NCBI GenBank assembly: GCA_002269645.1
Contig: NIVC01001350.1
Coordinates: 124,001 to 188,000 of the forward strand
Origin: Macrostomum lignano
Taxonomy: Eukaryota
Direction of reading: 5' to 3'
DNA: 64,000 bases
Numbering within the stretch: position 1 is the stretch's first letter; each line of letters opens with the position of its first letter. The notes under the pieces were generated by a model, which worked only from the letters and a program-made list of their open reading frames with translations, ran no database searches and was not told the DNA's origin. Of this stretch, positions 17,800 through 30,127 are shown one piece after another. The position numbers were made by a program, and so were the translations under genes.

Positions 17800-19318
17800 T
17801 AGGATCAGAGATTCTACAACTATTGTTCAAGCAAAAAAGAAGGCTCCATCTCGACAATTTCAGTAAGTATTTTTATTCTGATCCAAAAATAATGCAAAAT
17901 AATATCATACTCAATTATTGTCTTTACTCAAAACTGTCAAAGTGATTACCTGCTTTTCTCATCTCCTGCATTTGTAGACAAGCATTGCAGTACACCTATC
18001 TTCGGTTTGTTTGCCAGAACGCAGGTGCCTATCAACCTAGGGGCGCAGGAAGTCGTCCAAACCAAAGGTCAGTGTTTGCTGATATAAAATACATTCTTGT
18101 TTGAGCCAGCGTGCGGGAATGATGTACATGTAAACCGCACAGGATGGTATTGTCTATGGCCGAATTTCATTAACGCTGCATTCCTGCACGCTGACACATT
18201 TTACTCGTTTATTTAATTATGTATGACAACAGTTAGTAACAGTTAGTAGCTACAGAAACGATCGGGACACAACTATATAAAATACAGAAATTAAGCAATA
18301 TGTCAAATACACAACTGCCCAGAGCGTCAAGGCCTTACTCAAAAGTAAATTGCACAATGTTGTTGGTGCCGCCGGCAAAAATCTTCAGATTTTTTGACAG
18401 TGCGGCAATTCGTAATGCAGAATCTGTGCTAAAAGTCTGCTCAGATATTTCCACTATTTCGGCCGACCCGTTGCCGGTATAGTTCCTTCAATTGATGGCG
18501 TACATGTATGCCCGACGAGAGCCTCTGTCAAGTGGTTGCTCATCTTGGCCATGATGCCCTCTCTAGCTTCCTTGACCGATGTACTTATCTGTAAATCAAT
18601 AATGGAACATGTATGATTTTTAGATAATTTAATAGGATGACACCAGTTGTTTTAACTAGATAATTATATAAATTTGGAAATTACGTTGTGCCCAGTCACC
18701 TTCGTGATAGTACTCTGTCGGAATTCCAGCAATTCGTGTAGCTCCCTACAGTAGGCCGTACACAATGCGCTGTATAGGGTCGCGACAGCTCGGCACTAGC
18801 AGACATGCGCGCTTTAACATAGGTCCTAGCGTATTGATACAATTGCCTGTTTTGTGTACCACAGGCCATCGGAGCCTACACGCGGCCTCGGTCGCAGGAA
18901 AAAACCTGATCCATTCCATCCAGGCACAGCTTTAATTTTATCAATGTCTATGGCATTGAATTACGCTTGTACACATTTGTCTATGGCTAAACCTATCGGT
19001 CAATAGTGGAGGCTTCGCTCCCACACCCCCACACGCCACACACCCCGCTTCTGCACATTCTTCCCACTCTAGTCTATCTTTCGAGCAGGAATGGCTCAAA
19101 CAAGAATGGAAATCATGAACGCTCACTCGTGCATCTATGGCCGAAATCACTCGTGCGCTCCGCGCACTCGTGCCTAGGTCGTTGCTACACTCGAAAGCAG
19201 TGCGTCATCTCTACATTGATGCACTCGTTAGCATTCAAGATTTATTCATTGATTAGACGGATTCGATAGAAGTAATAGCGATCATAGAATCATTGCAGCA
19301 TATTTTTTATTCCCACAG

Positions 19319-22300
19319 ATCCCATCGGCAGAACTGCCCATTTGAGATTGTAATTCATGCAAATGGCACAGGTGACAAACTTGTTGTACTGTCCATGTCA
19401 TCTGAACATAACCATACAATTGTACCGGAGGCTTTTCGCCATACCAGGAAGCAGCGCAAGCTCCCGAGGATGCTCGCGAACGTGCCAAGTTAATGCTGGA
19501 TGTTGGAGCCAATGTTACAAAAGTTAAAAGTTATTTAATGGAGAATACCGGAAAGATCGTATCAAATTCCGATGTGCAAAACCTACGGAATCAGCTGCGC
19601 GAGGCTAAGAAGGGTGCAAATCCCGTAATCACAATTGTGGAGCAGCTGCAAAGTGTGCCAGGCGCAACGGTAGAGGTACAGGAATCAGGCGGCGTAATCT
19701 CAGCCATCGTATATCAATCGGAGGCAATGGTGCGCATTTTCGAAGCATATCCAGAAGTTCTGATTTTTGACGCTACCTATAAGGTCAACAACCGTAATAT
19801 GCCACTGTTCTTGCCGATGGTTGTTGATGGTAATGGCAATAGTCGAGTAGTGGCAGTCATTCTAACGGCAAATGAAGAAGCAGATACTGTGACTACTGCT
19901 ATAAATTTTTTTCAACGTACTTTTAAATCATGTGACAAGGTCCGATCCCTGTTAGTTGATAAAGATTTGACAGCGCTGAAAATACTGACTCAGTGTTTCT
20001 CGAATGCCGAGGCAAATTTATGTCAATTTCACGTTTTACGCACCTTCAGGCGCCAGGTGACGGAAAGCCAAATGGGCATCACGGCATCTCAGAAAAATGC
20101 AATCATTGAGAATCTCCAAAAAATGGTCCACTCAGCAACGCAAGCGAAGTTTGAAAGCCTTTACAGCGAACTGCAGCATTTGGGATCGCCGAGATTTATG
20201 GAGTATTTCGACAAAAACTGGTATGGCTGCAGGCAACAGTGGGCGTGGTGCTACACAAAGCTCAGCATGAACATTGGCTTGACCGGTACTCAGCGACTAG
20301 AAAGCTTCCATCGACGGGTGAAAGGTGTCACTGGGCGCAATGCAGAGATGACGTCCTTCGTTGGCGACCTTCTCCTCGTGCTTCGAGCAACCGACGAGGA
20401 GCTGAATCATCAATCATTTGATGCACTGAACAGACCAATGCCACCTCCGCCGCGCACAAGTTTTCTGTACTCATACTACCGAGTACTCACACCGTATGCC
20501 TTTGCACATGTTCAGAAGGAAGCTGGGCACATTTCATCAACTACTGTCAATGATGGACTGTCAAAAAACCGGGAAGGCATTCTTTCAGTTACCAGGCAGT
20601 CGTGCCAGTGCGCCGCTTTTAATGCTTTTCTGCTGCCATGCAGGCATATTCTGCGACTCAGGGAGCAGGAGCTCCTTCCATTGTTTCATGAGAACTTAGT
20701 TCCACAGAGGTGGCTGCAACGTTACTGGCTTTCCGTGACAGAAATGCCATCAACCGACAGCTCCGTTACTGTCCATACGACTGAGAAAAAGGAGAAGCGG
20801 GTTTTGACGGAGACGCAGAAATTTCGCAAGGCTCACTCAGTTTGCATCGAACTGGCGCAGGTCGCGTCATCCGTAGGGATGACTGAATTTAACAGGCGAA
20901 TATCGCTCTTGGAGTACGTGCTGCAAGCCTGGAAGGAAGGTACGGCTCTCGGTATCGAAATTCAGAGTGAGCCACTCCGACGCGAACCACTCCAACACCT
21001 GCCTCAAGGAGACCGGACAAGCACATCTGACGACAATGTTTTTGACACATTCGACATTGATGCGCTCCTGGGGGTAAGTATTGCGGCCATATATGTTATT
21101 GGGTTAAAAGTTGCAAAGCTTGCAAAGTATTTTTTAGTTGCTGTTCGGCTTTCATTTAAGAGAACAGAGAACACCGAGCGACTGGTCGATTCAGAACAAC
21201 AGGCCAGGACCAAACAACAGTAAGCAGCGCAACTCGCCAAAGCTGAGCGACTCGCCGAAGCTGAACGACTCGCCGAAGCTGAGCGTCGTGATAAGGCTGA
21301 GCGACTCGCTGAAGCTGAGCGACTCGTCGAAGCTGAGCGACTCGTCGAAGCTGAGCGACTCGCCGAAGCTGAGCGACTCGCCGAAGCTAAGCGTCGTGCT
21401 GAGGCTCAGCGACTCGCAGAAGCTAAGCGTCGTGCTGAGGCTGAGCGACTCGCCGAAGCTGAGCGACTCGCCGAAGCTGAGCGACTCGCCGAAGCTGAGC
21501 GACTCGCCGAAGCTGAGCGACTCGCCGAAGCTGAGCGACTCGCCGAAGCTGAGCGACTCGCCGAAGCTGAGCGACTCGCCGAAGCTAAGCGTCTGGAGGC
21601 TGAGCGACTCGCCGAAGCTGAGCGACTCGCCGAAGCTAAGCGTCTGGAGGCTGAGCGACTCGCCGAAGCTGAGCGACTCGCCGAAGCTGAGCGACTCGCC
21701 GAAGCTGAGCGACTCGCCGAAGCTGAGCGACTCGCCGAAGCTGAGCGACTCGCCGAAGCTGAGCGACTCGCCGAAGCTGAGCGACTCGCCGAAGCTAAGC
21801 GTCTGGAAGCTGAGCGACTCGCCGAAGCTGAGCGACTCGCCGAAGCTGAGCGACTCACCGAAGCTGAGCGACTCGCCGAAGCTGAGCGTCGTGCTGAGGC
21901 TGAGCGATTGGCAGGCTTGTCGCTTCCAGCTGCCTGTAAGCGACGAGGTCGACCGAGAGGTTCTGATACGACTGTAATTGGAATCAAGAGAAGACGCCTT
22001 CGCGGACCTCGTGCGTTCTCCGAACTGGACAACAAAAATAAAGTCAAAAGTAAGTATAAATCGGTTTTTATATGCTCTGCTTTTTGGTTGCTGCATTCCT
22101 TTAAATGACTATATGATTTGTAACTTTGTAGCCATGTTAACCTGGCTTTTTGACTCTCGGCGCGCTGATGCTCTTATGAAGGGAGGCGAGCCTGTTGCGC
22201 CTGTCGAGGTTCATAACCTTCCGTCTCAGTTCATCGAAGAAGATGTCAGTAGTTCTGTCGCACTTCTGGTCAATTACGTCGATACAACTCGACTGCTGCA

Positions 22301-22481
22301 AATGATAACGAAATCCCTGCGTGCGCCCCAGCACTTTTGTGGAAGCTGTCGTAAAGAGCTATCAAGCGGCCGTTCTATCCTTTGTGACTCGTGCCAGTTG
22401 TGGCATCATTTTGACTGCGCTAGACTTCAGCGTCAGCCGACGGATCTTCATTGGTTTTGCAGCGAATGCAAGCGCTCATAA
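19319..22481 (+). pseudogene. MULE transposase gene (FAR1-like N-terminus, DDE, SWIM, AERLAE repeat, AT-hook, PHD finger) with two apparent lesions
   Basis: Motifs [53 protein letters not shown] and PHD CGSC..CDSCQLWHHFDC..WFCSEC. Likely introns 21074-21160 and 22050-22131. One base is missing at about 19464 (KL-P-EDARERAKLM) and there is an in-frame TAA at 21221-21223. The true 5' end was not resolved. Confidence 0.88.
21242..21910 (+). repeat. 18-bp tandem repeat GCTGAGCGACTCGCCGAA = (AERLAE)n in the transposase frame
   Basis: About 37 units, stop-free in the frame shared by ORF 19493 and the downstream KRRGRPRG segment. Confidence 0.92.
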
Positions 22482-22649
22482 GTGTACGTTTAAATTGGCA
22501 ATCCAACGATACTAAATGTATTTTTAAAGTTGGCTGCCTTATAATTGAAACAATTACTTAACTGGCTTTACGATTTCACTAGCCGAAACACTTGAATTAA
22601 AAACTCTTGCTGTGACGTCATATTTTTTACGTAACCCGTGCTGCATAAA

Positions 22650-25600
22650 ACACCTGTGCAACCCCTGGGCTCTGGCGCTGAAAAGTACAGTCACCAGGCC
22701 TCGTCCCCTAGACTTTGTCCGCCTCTGGATGATGCGGTAGCTGGTGTTGCGGCCAAGATTCCTAGACAGACAGACAGACTGGGTTATCTAGACAGCGGGC
22801 CCGGCATGTTTGAAGGTATGCAACAGAGGCGTGGCCGCGCGACTAGTCACCTGTGAGGGAGTACACCCGGTAAAAACTGTCACTAACGAGACGGGAACCG
22901 ACGAAGGTTCTTGACCCCAAGTGTACTAAAAAAGGCTAATTAAGGGACTGTATGCGATGCATGCAAGGACAGTCTAGTCAGTGCTGGAAACGAGGACTTT
23001 ATCATAGGGGATCTTTTAGCTGGTGAGCAATTCTAGACTACGATTCCCTCCTAAGCCCCAGGATCCAGGGTGGATAATAGGTAACGTCATTTTAATGTCT
23101 CTCCTCCTAAATGCGTTCGATGCGGCAGGCGACGGGGAAGTGAGGTCCCAAGGCTCTCGTGGTGCACATCCTACAGAAGCTTAGTTAGAATTATACTGTT
23201 ACTTTGTCGCTATAATTATTTGGTTGAATTCGGATCATACTCGCGGTGATCTTCCACTCTGATTCTTAGCTTCTATTCCATGCACTGCAACAGATGCACC
23301 TCACTACTCAGAATTCTCACGCCTCATGATAAATCAGTAAGCAGACAGAAGCAACAAAGAGTTAAAAGGCTAATGCCCTAAAAAAATTGCTGGCCCTAAC
23401 TTGGCCCCTAACAATGCAGTTAATTATTAAAACGGAATACGTTAAGATTGAAGTATTAGGGGGAGCTCATGGTGAGCAATGGGGGAGAGACCGGACTGAC
23501 GGTACCCAAGGAAGGGCAGCGCAACAGTAGAGAAAAAATGCCTTACAGACGCGGCCGACGGGCAGGGCTGATTGGCGCGGTGGTCGTTGGACTGTCAATG
23601 CGGCGGCTCTAGTCACAGACAATCAGTCCAGGCGAGATACGTCAGAAGAGAGGTTAAAGCAAATTGGGGAGAGACGGATGGGAAGAAGGATGAAAGGAAG
23701 GAGTGAGGGAGGGGAAATCAAGACATTTTCGCCTTGAGAGGGAAGCAAAAAGTGTAATTCTTGCCGCTCAGGGCTCAAATCGGGATCTTATTTATAGCCC
23801 TGGGATCACGCGTTACGCGATCACGTGAGCAAGATGCGTGATATGAAAGCCGTGACCTGTCCTTCACCTCCGTTACCAAGCAACCCTGATGACGTCACTC
23901 GCCAGCTGCGCTGTGATTGGACAAGCAATCGGAGTGTTCGCAGCAAGAAAAATGGTTTATGATGGGGGATAATGTAACAGGCAGGAAAAAGCTTGGTGGA
24001 GGTAGGGGGTCATAAAACTGTCAACACGCGTGAAAGATTTTGAACAATAAAAAGAGGTGGGGTTGGTGCACGAGGGAGTGGGGTTTGCGATAAGCAGGAG
24101 TCATCGTGATGAGTCATTGGAGAAATCACAAGGGAGGAAGGGGGTTGCATAAAAATTAGTGGGGGCCCAGGACGTGCCTACATCATATTTGACAACAATA
24201 TTGTAGAAAAACGAATAAACCGCAAAGTAGCAAATTGTACATGCATGCAAACCTGAGTAAGCGACATTGCACACACAAACGTCGGATGTGCATTAGCTAC
24301 AAGATAATATAAGATAGTTAAGAGCAACGCAACCCCTAAACACACAAACTATGCAACCAAGCACCCACAACCCAGACACATGACACATGCCACACGCTAC
24401 CAACACAATAATCACTTAGGAAGTATACTTTCTATTTTATTACTGCTTTAATTAACTTTCTTTCAAACGTTTAGTAAGGTCCCAACTCCGATCACAAGCC
24501 TTTCAAGTAACAATTCACTTTCTATGTTGTAATAACAGCAATAGCTACTGTACACAGTTAATTAGTACTTGGTGTGTGTGTGCGTGTATGTGATTGTGAC
24601 CCAGCTATTTTTCTCGATCTTTTTGTTCACAGCTTGCACGTTCAGGCATTTTATTGTAGTTATTGCGCAGTTTTGGAAAATACACACTCCAATCATGAAA
24701 TAATTTCCGAATAGCCATTTTGCAATGGTCACCTTTTCTGTAAGTTATAATTTTTCCAATTGCTTTAATATACACTCAACAACATTAAAAAGTCGCCACC
24801 TTTGTGCGCATTAAATTCTAGCTCAGTATTGACTTTTGAGTGACGCAACTTGCGCCACGCGACGCAGAGTTGGGCTGGGTGAAAAGATAGGGAAGAGCGG
24901 AGGGCGAAGATTGGATGGATTGAAGCTACCGCCCGGTTTTAATAGTTTTTTTCAAGTGATGGGTTTCGACCTTCGGGCTCCTTGTCAGGGAAGCCTTCGG
25001 GCCTCAGGTCTCAGAAATAAATCAATTAGAGACCTGGCCCCCACTCCTGTCAGATGGTCAGCCGCATGGTAGCTTGATCGTGTGGCGAGCAGTCTAGGTC
25101 CTATAGCTAAGAGAGGGACAGCGAGAGACGAGCAGGGAGAATTTTGAAAGTAGAAATTAGCTAATCCACAGATCAACTAACCCGCTGCCACCAGCCCGTG
25201 CGCCCTGGCTCACCACACCGGGACTCTCGAAACCGGGCTTCCGACTAGAAGGGGCTTTGCACTTACCTGCCAACTAGTGTCTTTTTGCTGTCAATCTCGA
25301 AGTCATAGCCGATGATAAGGGACACTGCTGGGACTAGATCGCATTGGCCATGCAGGTACAGAGGGGACTTGTGCAGGGGATTCTTGCAGTGGCGAGTCTA
25401 TGGGGTAGCTACATGTACTATTACATTGCTAAATACGAAGATATGTACTTTTGGCCTTCAACGCGCCAACTAGCCTCTCATAGCGCTGATAATAGTCTAA
25501 CTCAAACTTCAGAGACCGCATGATTCATTTACCCGAGCCGCTTGGCTACCCTAGAGTGCACAAAGTACATCTCTGGCGCCGATTCTGCACTTCTGGCAGT

Positions 25601-27240
25601 TTTGCTCACTGATTTGATAGATTGGTCGACTGAGAACTGCCTTGCCATTGGTCCACTGTGACCGGCGCCTACTAGCTTAGCTACTCATCTGAGCCATCGG
25701 CGAACAAAGAAATAAAACCAATAAAAATAACTGTTAGATTTAACCTTCTCCTTAGTTCACTTCACACTTCAGATTGAATTGGAGTCTTAGACTACTAGCA
25801 GTATTATTGAATGATTTCTGCCTCAGCAACAGCACTACTGAACAAAAAGAGCAAAAGTGTGCGCCTAATTCAGCTACTGAAACAGGGGACAGATAAGGGA
25901 TCACCCAATCAAGCAAGTCTAGGTAGCCTCTCACCCAACCAATCAGAAACTCAACAGCCGGAGACCAGGTAATCCACAGTGACCGAATCGGCTTGACGCT
26001 CTGCAGCTGTAGACTCGGGATGATGCTGAGGTCACAATCTTCGCTGTTAGCTAGCAGGTGATGCTCTTCACTTGATGTTCGCTGCTGATGACCGGGGGAC
26101 TCGTCCTTGATGATGATGGGGGGAAGTCACAATCCGGGGATCAAGAAACGAAGGTCAGTTCCTGGCCGGTGGAGCAGGAACCAGGAAAGTTGAGGTCCAA
26201 GCGGGCCAAAAACACCGGTTTAAATAGCCGCCAACTGGACCGCAGTTTGTTATAATGGAACACGTCGATTCTGATTGGCTGAGCCGTTTTGTTAAAATGA
26301 GCGCCGAATTTTCTGATTGGCTAAGCTTGTTGCTACCCAGAATCACGTGACCGAGAGATCCTATCAGTTCCCACAGGGTCGTAAAAAGATGACAGGTGCG
26401 GCCATAAATCACTCAAAATCGCAACAAAATGATTTATGACTTTTCTCGTAGGATTGACAGAAATTAATGAAAAAATATACATTAGAAAGCTCTTATTAAA
26501 TAGATAATGAAGATAATGAAGAGAAATTGCTAATCCCAAGGTACTTTTAGGGGTAATTCGCGTGCACCGGAAAAATGCTGCTCGTAGAAAGCCTCACTTA
26601 TCTTGGATACATACTGACTCATGTTAGGAGGGAATTAGATTATTCTGATACCCCGACAACCGCATAGCAACGGGGAATTCTGCTATCCAATACCCTAACG
26701 ACCGCATAGCAACGGGGAATTCTGCTATCCAATACCCTAACAACAGCATAGCAACGGGGAGTTCTGCTATCTAATACCCTAACAACCGCGTAGCAACGGG
26801 AAATTGTACTATCCGGTACCACAGCAACCGCATAGCAACGAGAAATCACACTGAGCCTATTAGACTCGATCAACTCGCTGTTAACTCAATTGTCGCTTAT
26901 GCCGCCGATGACAAGCCGAAGGAGACGACAAGCCGCAATTATCGTTTGACGAATTGACACCCGAAGCGGCGGTCGCAGCATTGGAGCGGCCAGCCTGCGA
27001 CGATGCAGACCGAGATGCGGATAGCTGCTGCTGCTGCAATGGATCGGTCGGATCCGACCAGGCAGGATCCGACATCGGCACGGTGACGTCATTGTCCAAA
27101 TTACTCGGACAATGTAATTTGTCCGAGTAACTCGGCCAAATTACTCGGGATATCCATTGGGTAGGGTAGATTGATAGTTTATCCAAGTCTGTGACGATAA
27201 TCCAAGACCCTACCCAAGACCCTGTCAAAGCTGTCACACG
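22650..27240 (-). mobile_element. Cluster of nested LTR-like fragments inside the MULE
   Basis: Minus-strand LTR-style starts TGTTACA (23979), TGATGTAGG (about 24187) and TGTGACAG (27238); minus-strand TATA-like boxes near 23790 and 26220 with CCAAT and TGACGTCA motifs; no gag/pol ORFs. TSDs could not be paired. Confidence 0.45.
26650..26860. repeat. 42-bp tandem repeat (about five units) containing CATAGCAAC
   Basis: Unit CAACCGCATAGCAACGGGGAATTCTGCTATCCAATACCCTAA; 14-aa periodicity in ORF 26640..26873. Confidence 0.85.
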
Positions 27241-28030
27241 CTTGAGTGAACACGAACAATAGGCTCTGACCTCATATATCTTGATGGCCTGTCAAAATGA
27301 TGAGAAAAAAGCTACCGCCCGCATCCTCTCAGACCATCTGGCGCCCGCCTCAACACTGTGTGAGGCGCAGGTGGCTGGCAGACCAGCTTCGAAAGCGATA
27401 ATTTATGACCCAAGAAGCTGCGCCTATGTTATTATGACTACTAGTATGACCAGACATTATATCTAGTATAGATTCTATGACAATTCGCAGAAAAAGGATA
27501 AAAATACCCATTGCCCACTGTTAGTAGGCTGGTAAGTTTAGAGTCCATGTGCTAGCGCGGGATTTGGGAAAAAGTGCGTCCTCATCACAAGCATTTTTAT
27601 ATCCAAATGGTTGGCCAGGTGATGGACGCTGGTCGAAAGACACTGCTCACTGGGGCGAAAGGGTGGCGAATTTTCAATATTATTGAGCTGTATTCGTTTG
27701 GCACTGTAATGGAGCTTTTGTCTATTGTAGCAAAGCTGGCACAGCGGCATTATAATTTGGTCCAACAATTGAGAATTCGAAAATTCACGTTCCGAATCAG
27801 GCCAGGGGACGTAGAGAAGAACATCAGTGCTTATATAGTAACAATTTAAACTGCATGGTTAGTACTGTCTACATGTATAATTACACTTAAATAAATTGCT
27901 ATGTGTTAATGGTTTCTTACATGGTACATACATGGTACATGTGCAAGTCCAAAGTATTCGCAACGGCTGCCACCGTGCATGCAATTAGAACATCCGTCGT
28001 TCACGCAAATAATGCCTATCTTATGCACGC

Positions 28031-28379
28031 CCGCCGTGCACGCAAGCATAGCATTACGTGCACGGCAGCCGTTCACGCAATTCTTATATTATATAAGATC
28101 ATTCATAAGGGCAGCCGTTCACGCAATTCTTATATTATATGCACGGCCGCCGTGCACGTAAGTAGAACATTACGTGCACGGCAGCCGTTCACGCAATTCT
28201 TATATTATATGCACGGCCGCCGTGCACGTAAGTAGAACATTACGTGCACGGCAGCCGTTCACGCAATTCTTATATTATATGCACGGCCGCCGTGCACGTA
28301 AGTAGAACATTACGTGCACGGCAGCCGTTCACGCAATTCTTATACTATATGCACGGCCGCCGTGCACGCAAGCTCTTCG
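28031..28379 (-). repeat. Right TIR of the MULE (72-bp units, one more unit than the left TIR plus a short insertion)
   Basis: Reverse complement of 14467-14699; further degenerate units at about 27955-28030. Confidence 0.93.
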
Positions 28380-30127
28380 AATTAATAATGAATAGTTTAA
28401 TAATAGTACTACACTACAGACAGACTACACTAAATATTTTTTGCAGTGGGAATAAAATTGTCTTTGATTTTATTTCATTTCATATAAATAATATTAACAA
28501 TATACTGAATAGTCAAAATCCATTGTTAAGAATTAGGAAAGTGTCTAGTATAAGCCCCTATGCCAGAATTTTTTGGGCAAAATTTTAGGTGTTTGCCAAG
28601 TATGCAAAAAATTAGAAATATGACTGTTGTGTACACCAAAATTTCAAAATTATGCAACTTTAATTTTCTGCTACAACTATGAAGCACTTTTTTCTATTGT
28701 TAGAGTCTATATTTAATAATGTTTAATATTAATATTATAACAAAATAAGTTTTGTGTCTATTTTACTCCTTTACAAAAGCTTGCAATTATGTAAAGTTCT
28801 AGTATTTAAATTCTTTAAAATAGCCCTATCACATTGAATAAAAATTTATATTTTTTGTTTGCATTTCCTTTACCTCTTAATGGCTTTTTTTCTTCAAAAT
28901 GTTATAGAAACGGGAAGATATTGCACCTATTTTCAAATTGCTTTTTATACCATTTTCTGTACACCAAATACAATTTTTTAAGATTCAAACATGCCAAATA
29001 TACACATCAATAAACTATGAAGAATTAATTGGCATTAGAAAAAATTAATATACATAATACCTTTTTGATTATAGATCAAAAAGGCCTATTTAAATTTAAA
29101 GAATTTCAAATTCAGTATAATACTAAGGCCTAGGTCTAGGATCCTAACTAAGGCATAGGCCTAATGTCTATTTGCTAAATTGATAATATCTTTATTTTAT
29201 GCCATTTTGAATAACAAAAAGTATTTTAGTCAAACTATTTTGCTAAAGCCATTAGCCATATCGCCACATCCCTATTTTTAAAGATATATACTTCAAGTCC
29301 ATACCCTAGAAAATATAGTGTATATTAGAATTTTCTAGTATGCATTCTAACTAAAATAGCATACATAGTAGTATACAAATGAAAAATGTATAGTTGTCAT
29401 TATATAATACATGATAGGCCTATACATTATTGGCTTTATTGCTTATTAATTTTTTTAGATTTATATTACTGTTAGGCCTATTTTATAAAAAAGTTATTCC
29501 AATTGGACAATTAGAAGATGTATCACTTTTTTGACTTATAAATAAATATTTTGAAATTAAATTATTTCAAAATATTGAAATATGGTGAGCCCAATACATG
29601 ATCAATTAGGCAAAAGGCCCGTTAGTTCAATAGATATAATGGCAGTGAAGATCTTGTGTTGTTTTTTGTGTGTATTTATATTTATAAATAGTGCAAGATT
29701 GAGGGGCCTAGGGAGATGCAAAAAGGTGGTGTGGCATGATAGGTTACGCCAACCCCACCTGGCTTAGTGAGCTGGCTAGCTTGGTGTGCACCCACCCCAT
29801 CTCAGCTAGACAGAGGTTGGGGGATTTCCAGTGTGGCTGCACTGGTGCTCGCCAGTCACATAGTCTGGCCACCACAACATCCTATATGGTTAGATAGGTC
29901 TAAGATTTTGACTTCCTAGTAGATTTAATTTTTGGGCATTTGAAATGAATCACTCATTCTAATGTACTATAGCTATTGGCTGACAATACCATATTGACTT
30001 CAATAAAGTTCTACCTTAACCATTTTTTCTATATCCATATCTGAAGGTATAGCTTAGCTGTTGTCATCAAGGGTGCCAATGGTCTGATGCATGCATATTG
30101 TGACCCTCATTATTTCAGCCAGACAGA

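Larger units (their letters stand above)
14467..28379 (+). mobile_element. Full-length Mutator-like (MULE) DNA transposon, 13,913 bp
   Basis: Perfect 9-bp TSD AATTAATAA at 14458-14466 and 28380-28388; termini CGAAGAGCTTGCGTGCACGG... and ...CCGTGCACGCAAGCTCTTCG are reverse complements; internal MULE transposase. Confidence 0.95.

Noticed and set aside
21138-22096. Alternative-frame ORFs (LSDSPK)n, (SLSFGE)n and (SASASR)n
   Set aside because: Other frames of the 18-bp repeat; only AERLAE is in frame with the transposase and AT-hook.
24837-27249. 8-bp direct repeat TTGAGTGA at 24837-24844 and 27242-27249 as a TSD
   Set aside because: The enclosed ends are neither inverted repeats nor TG...CA, so chance cannot be excluded.
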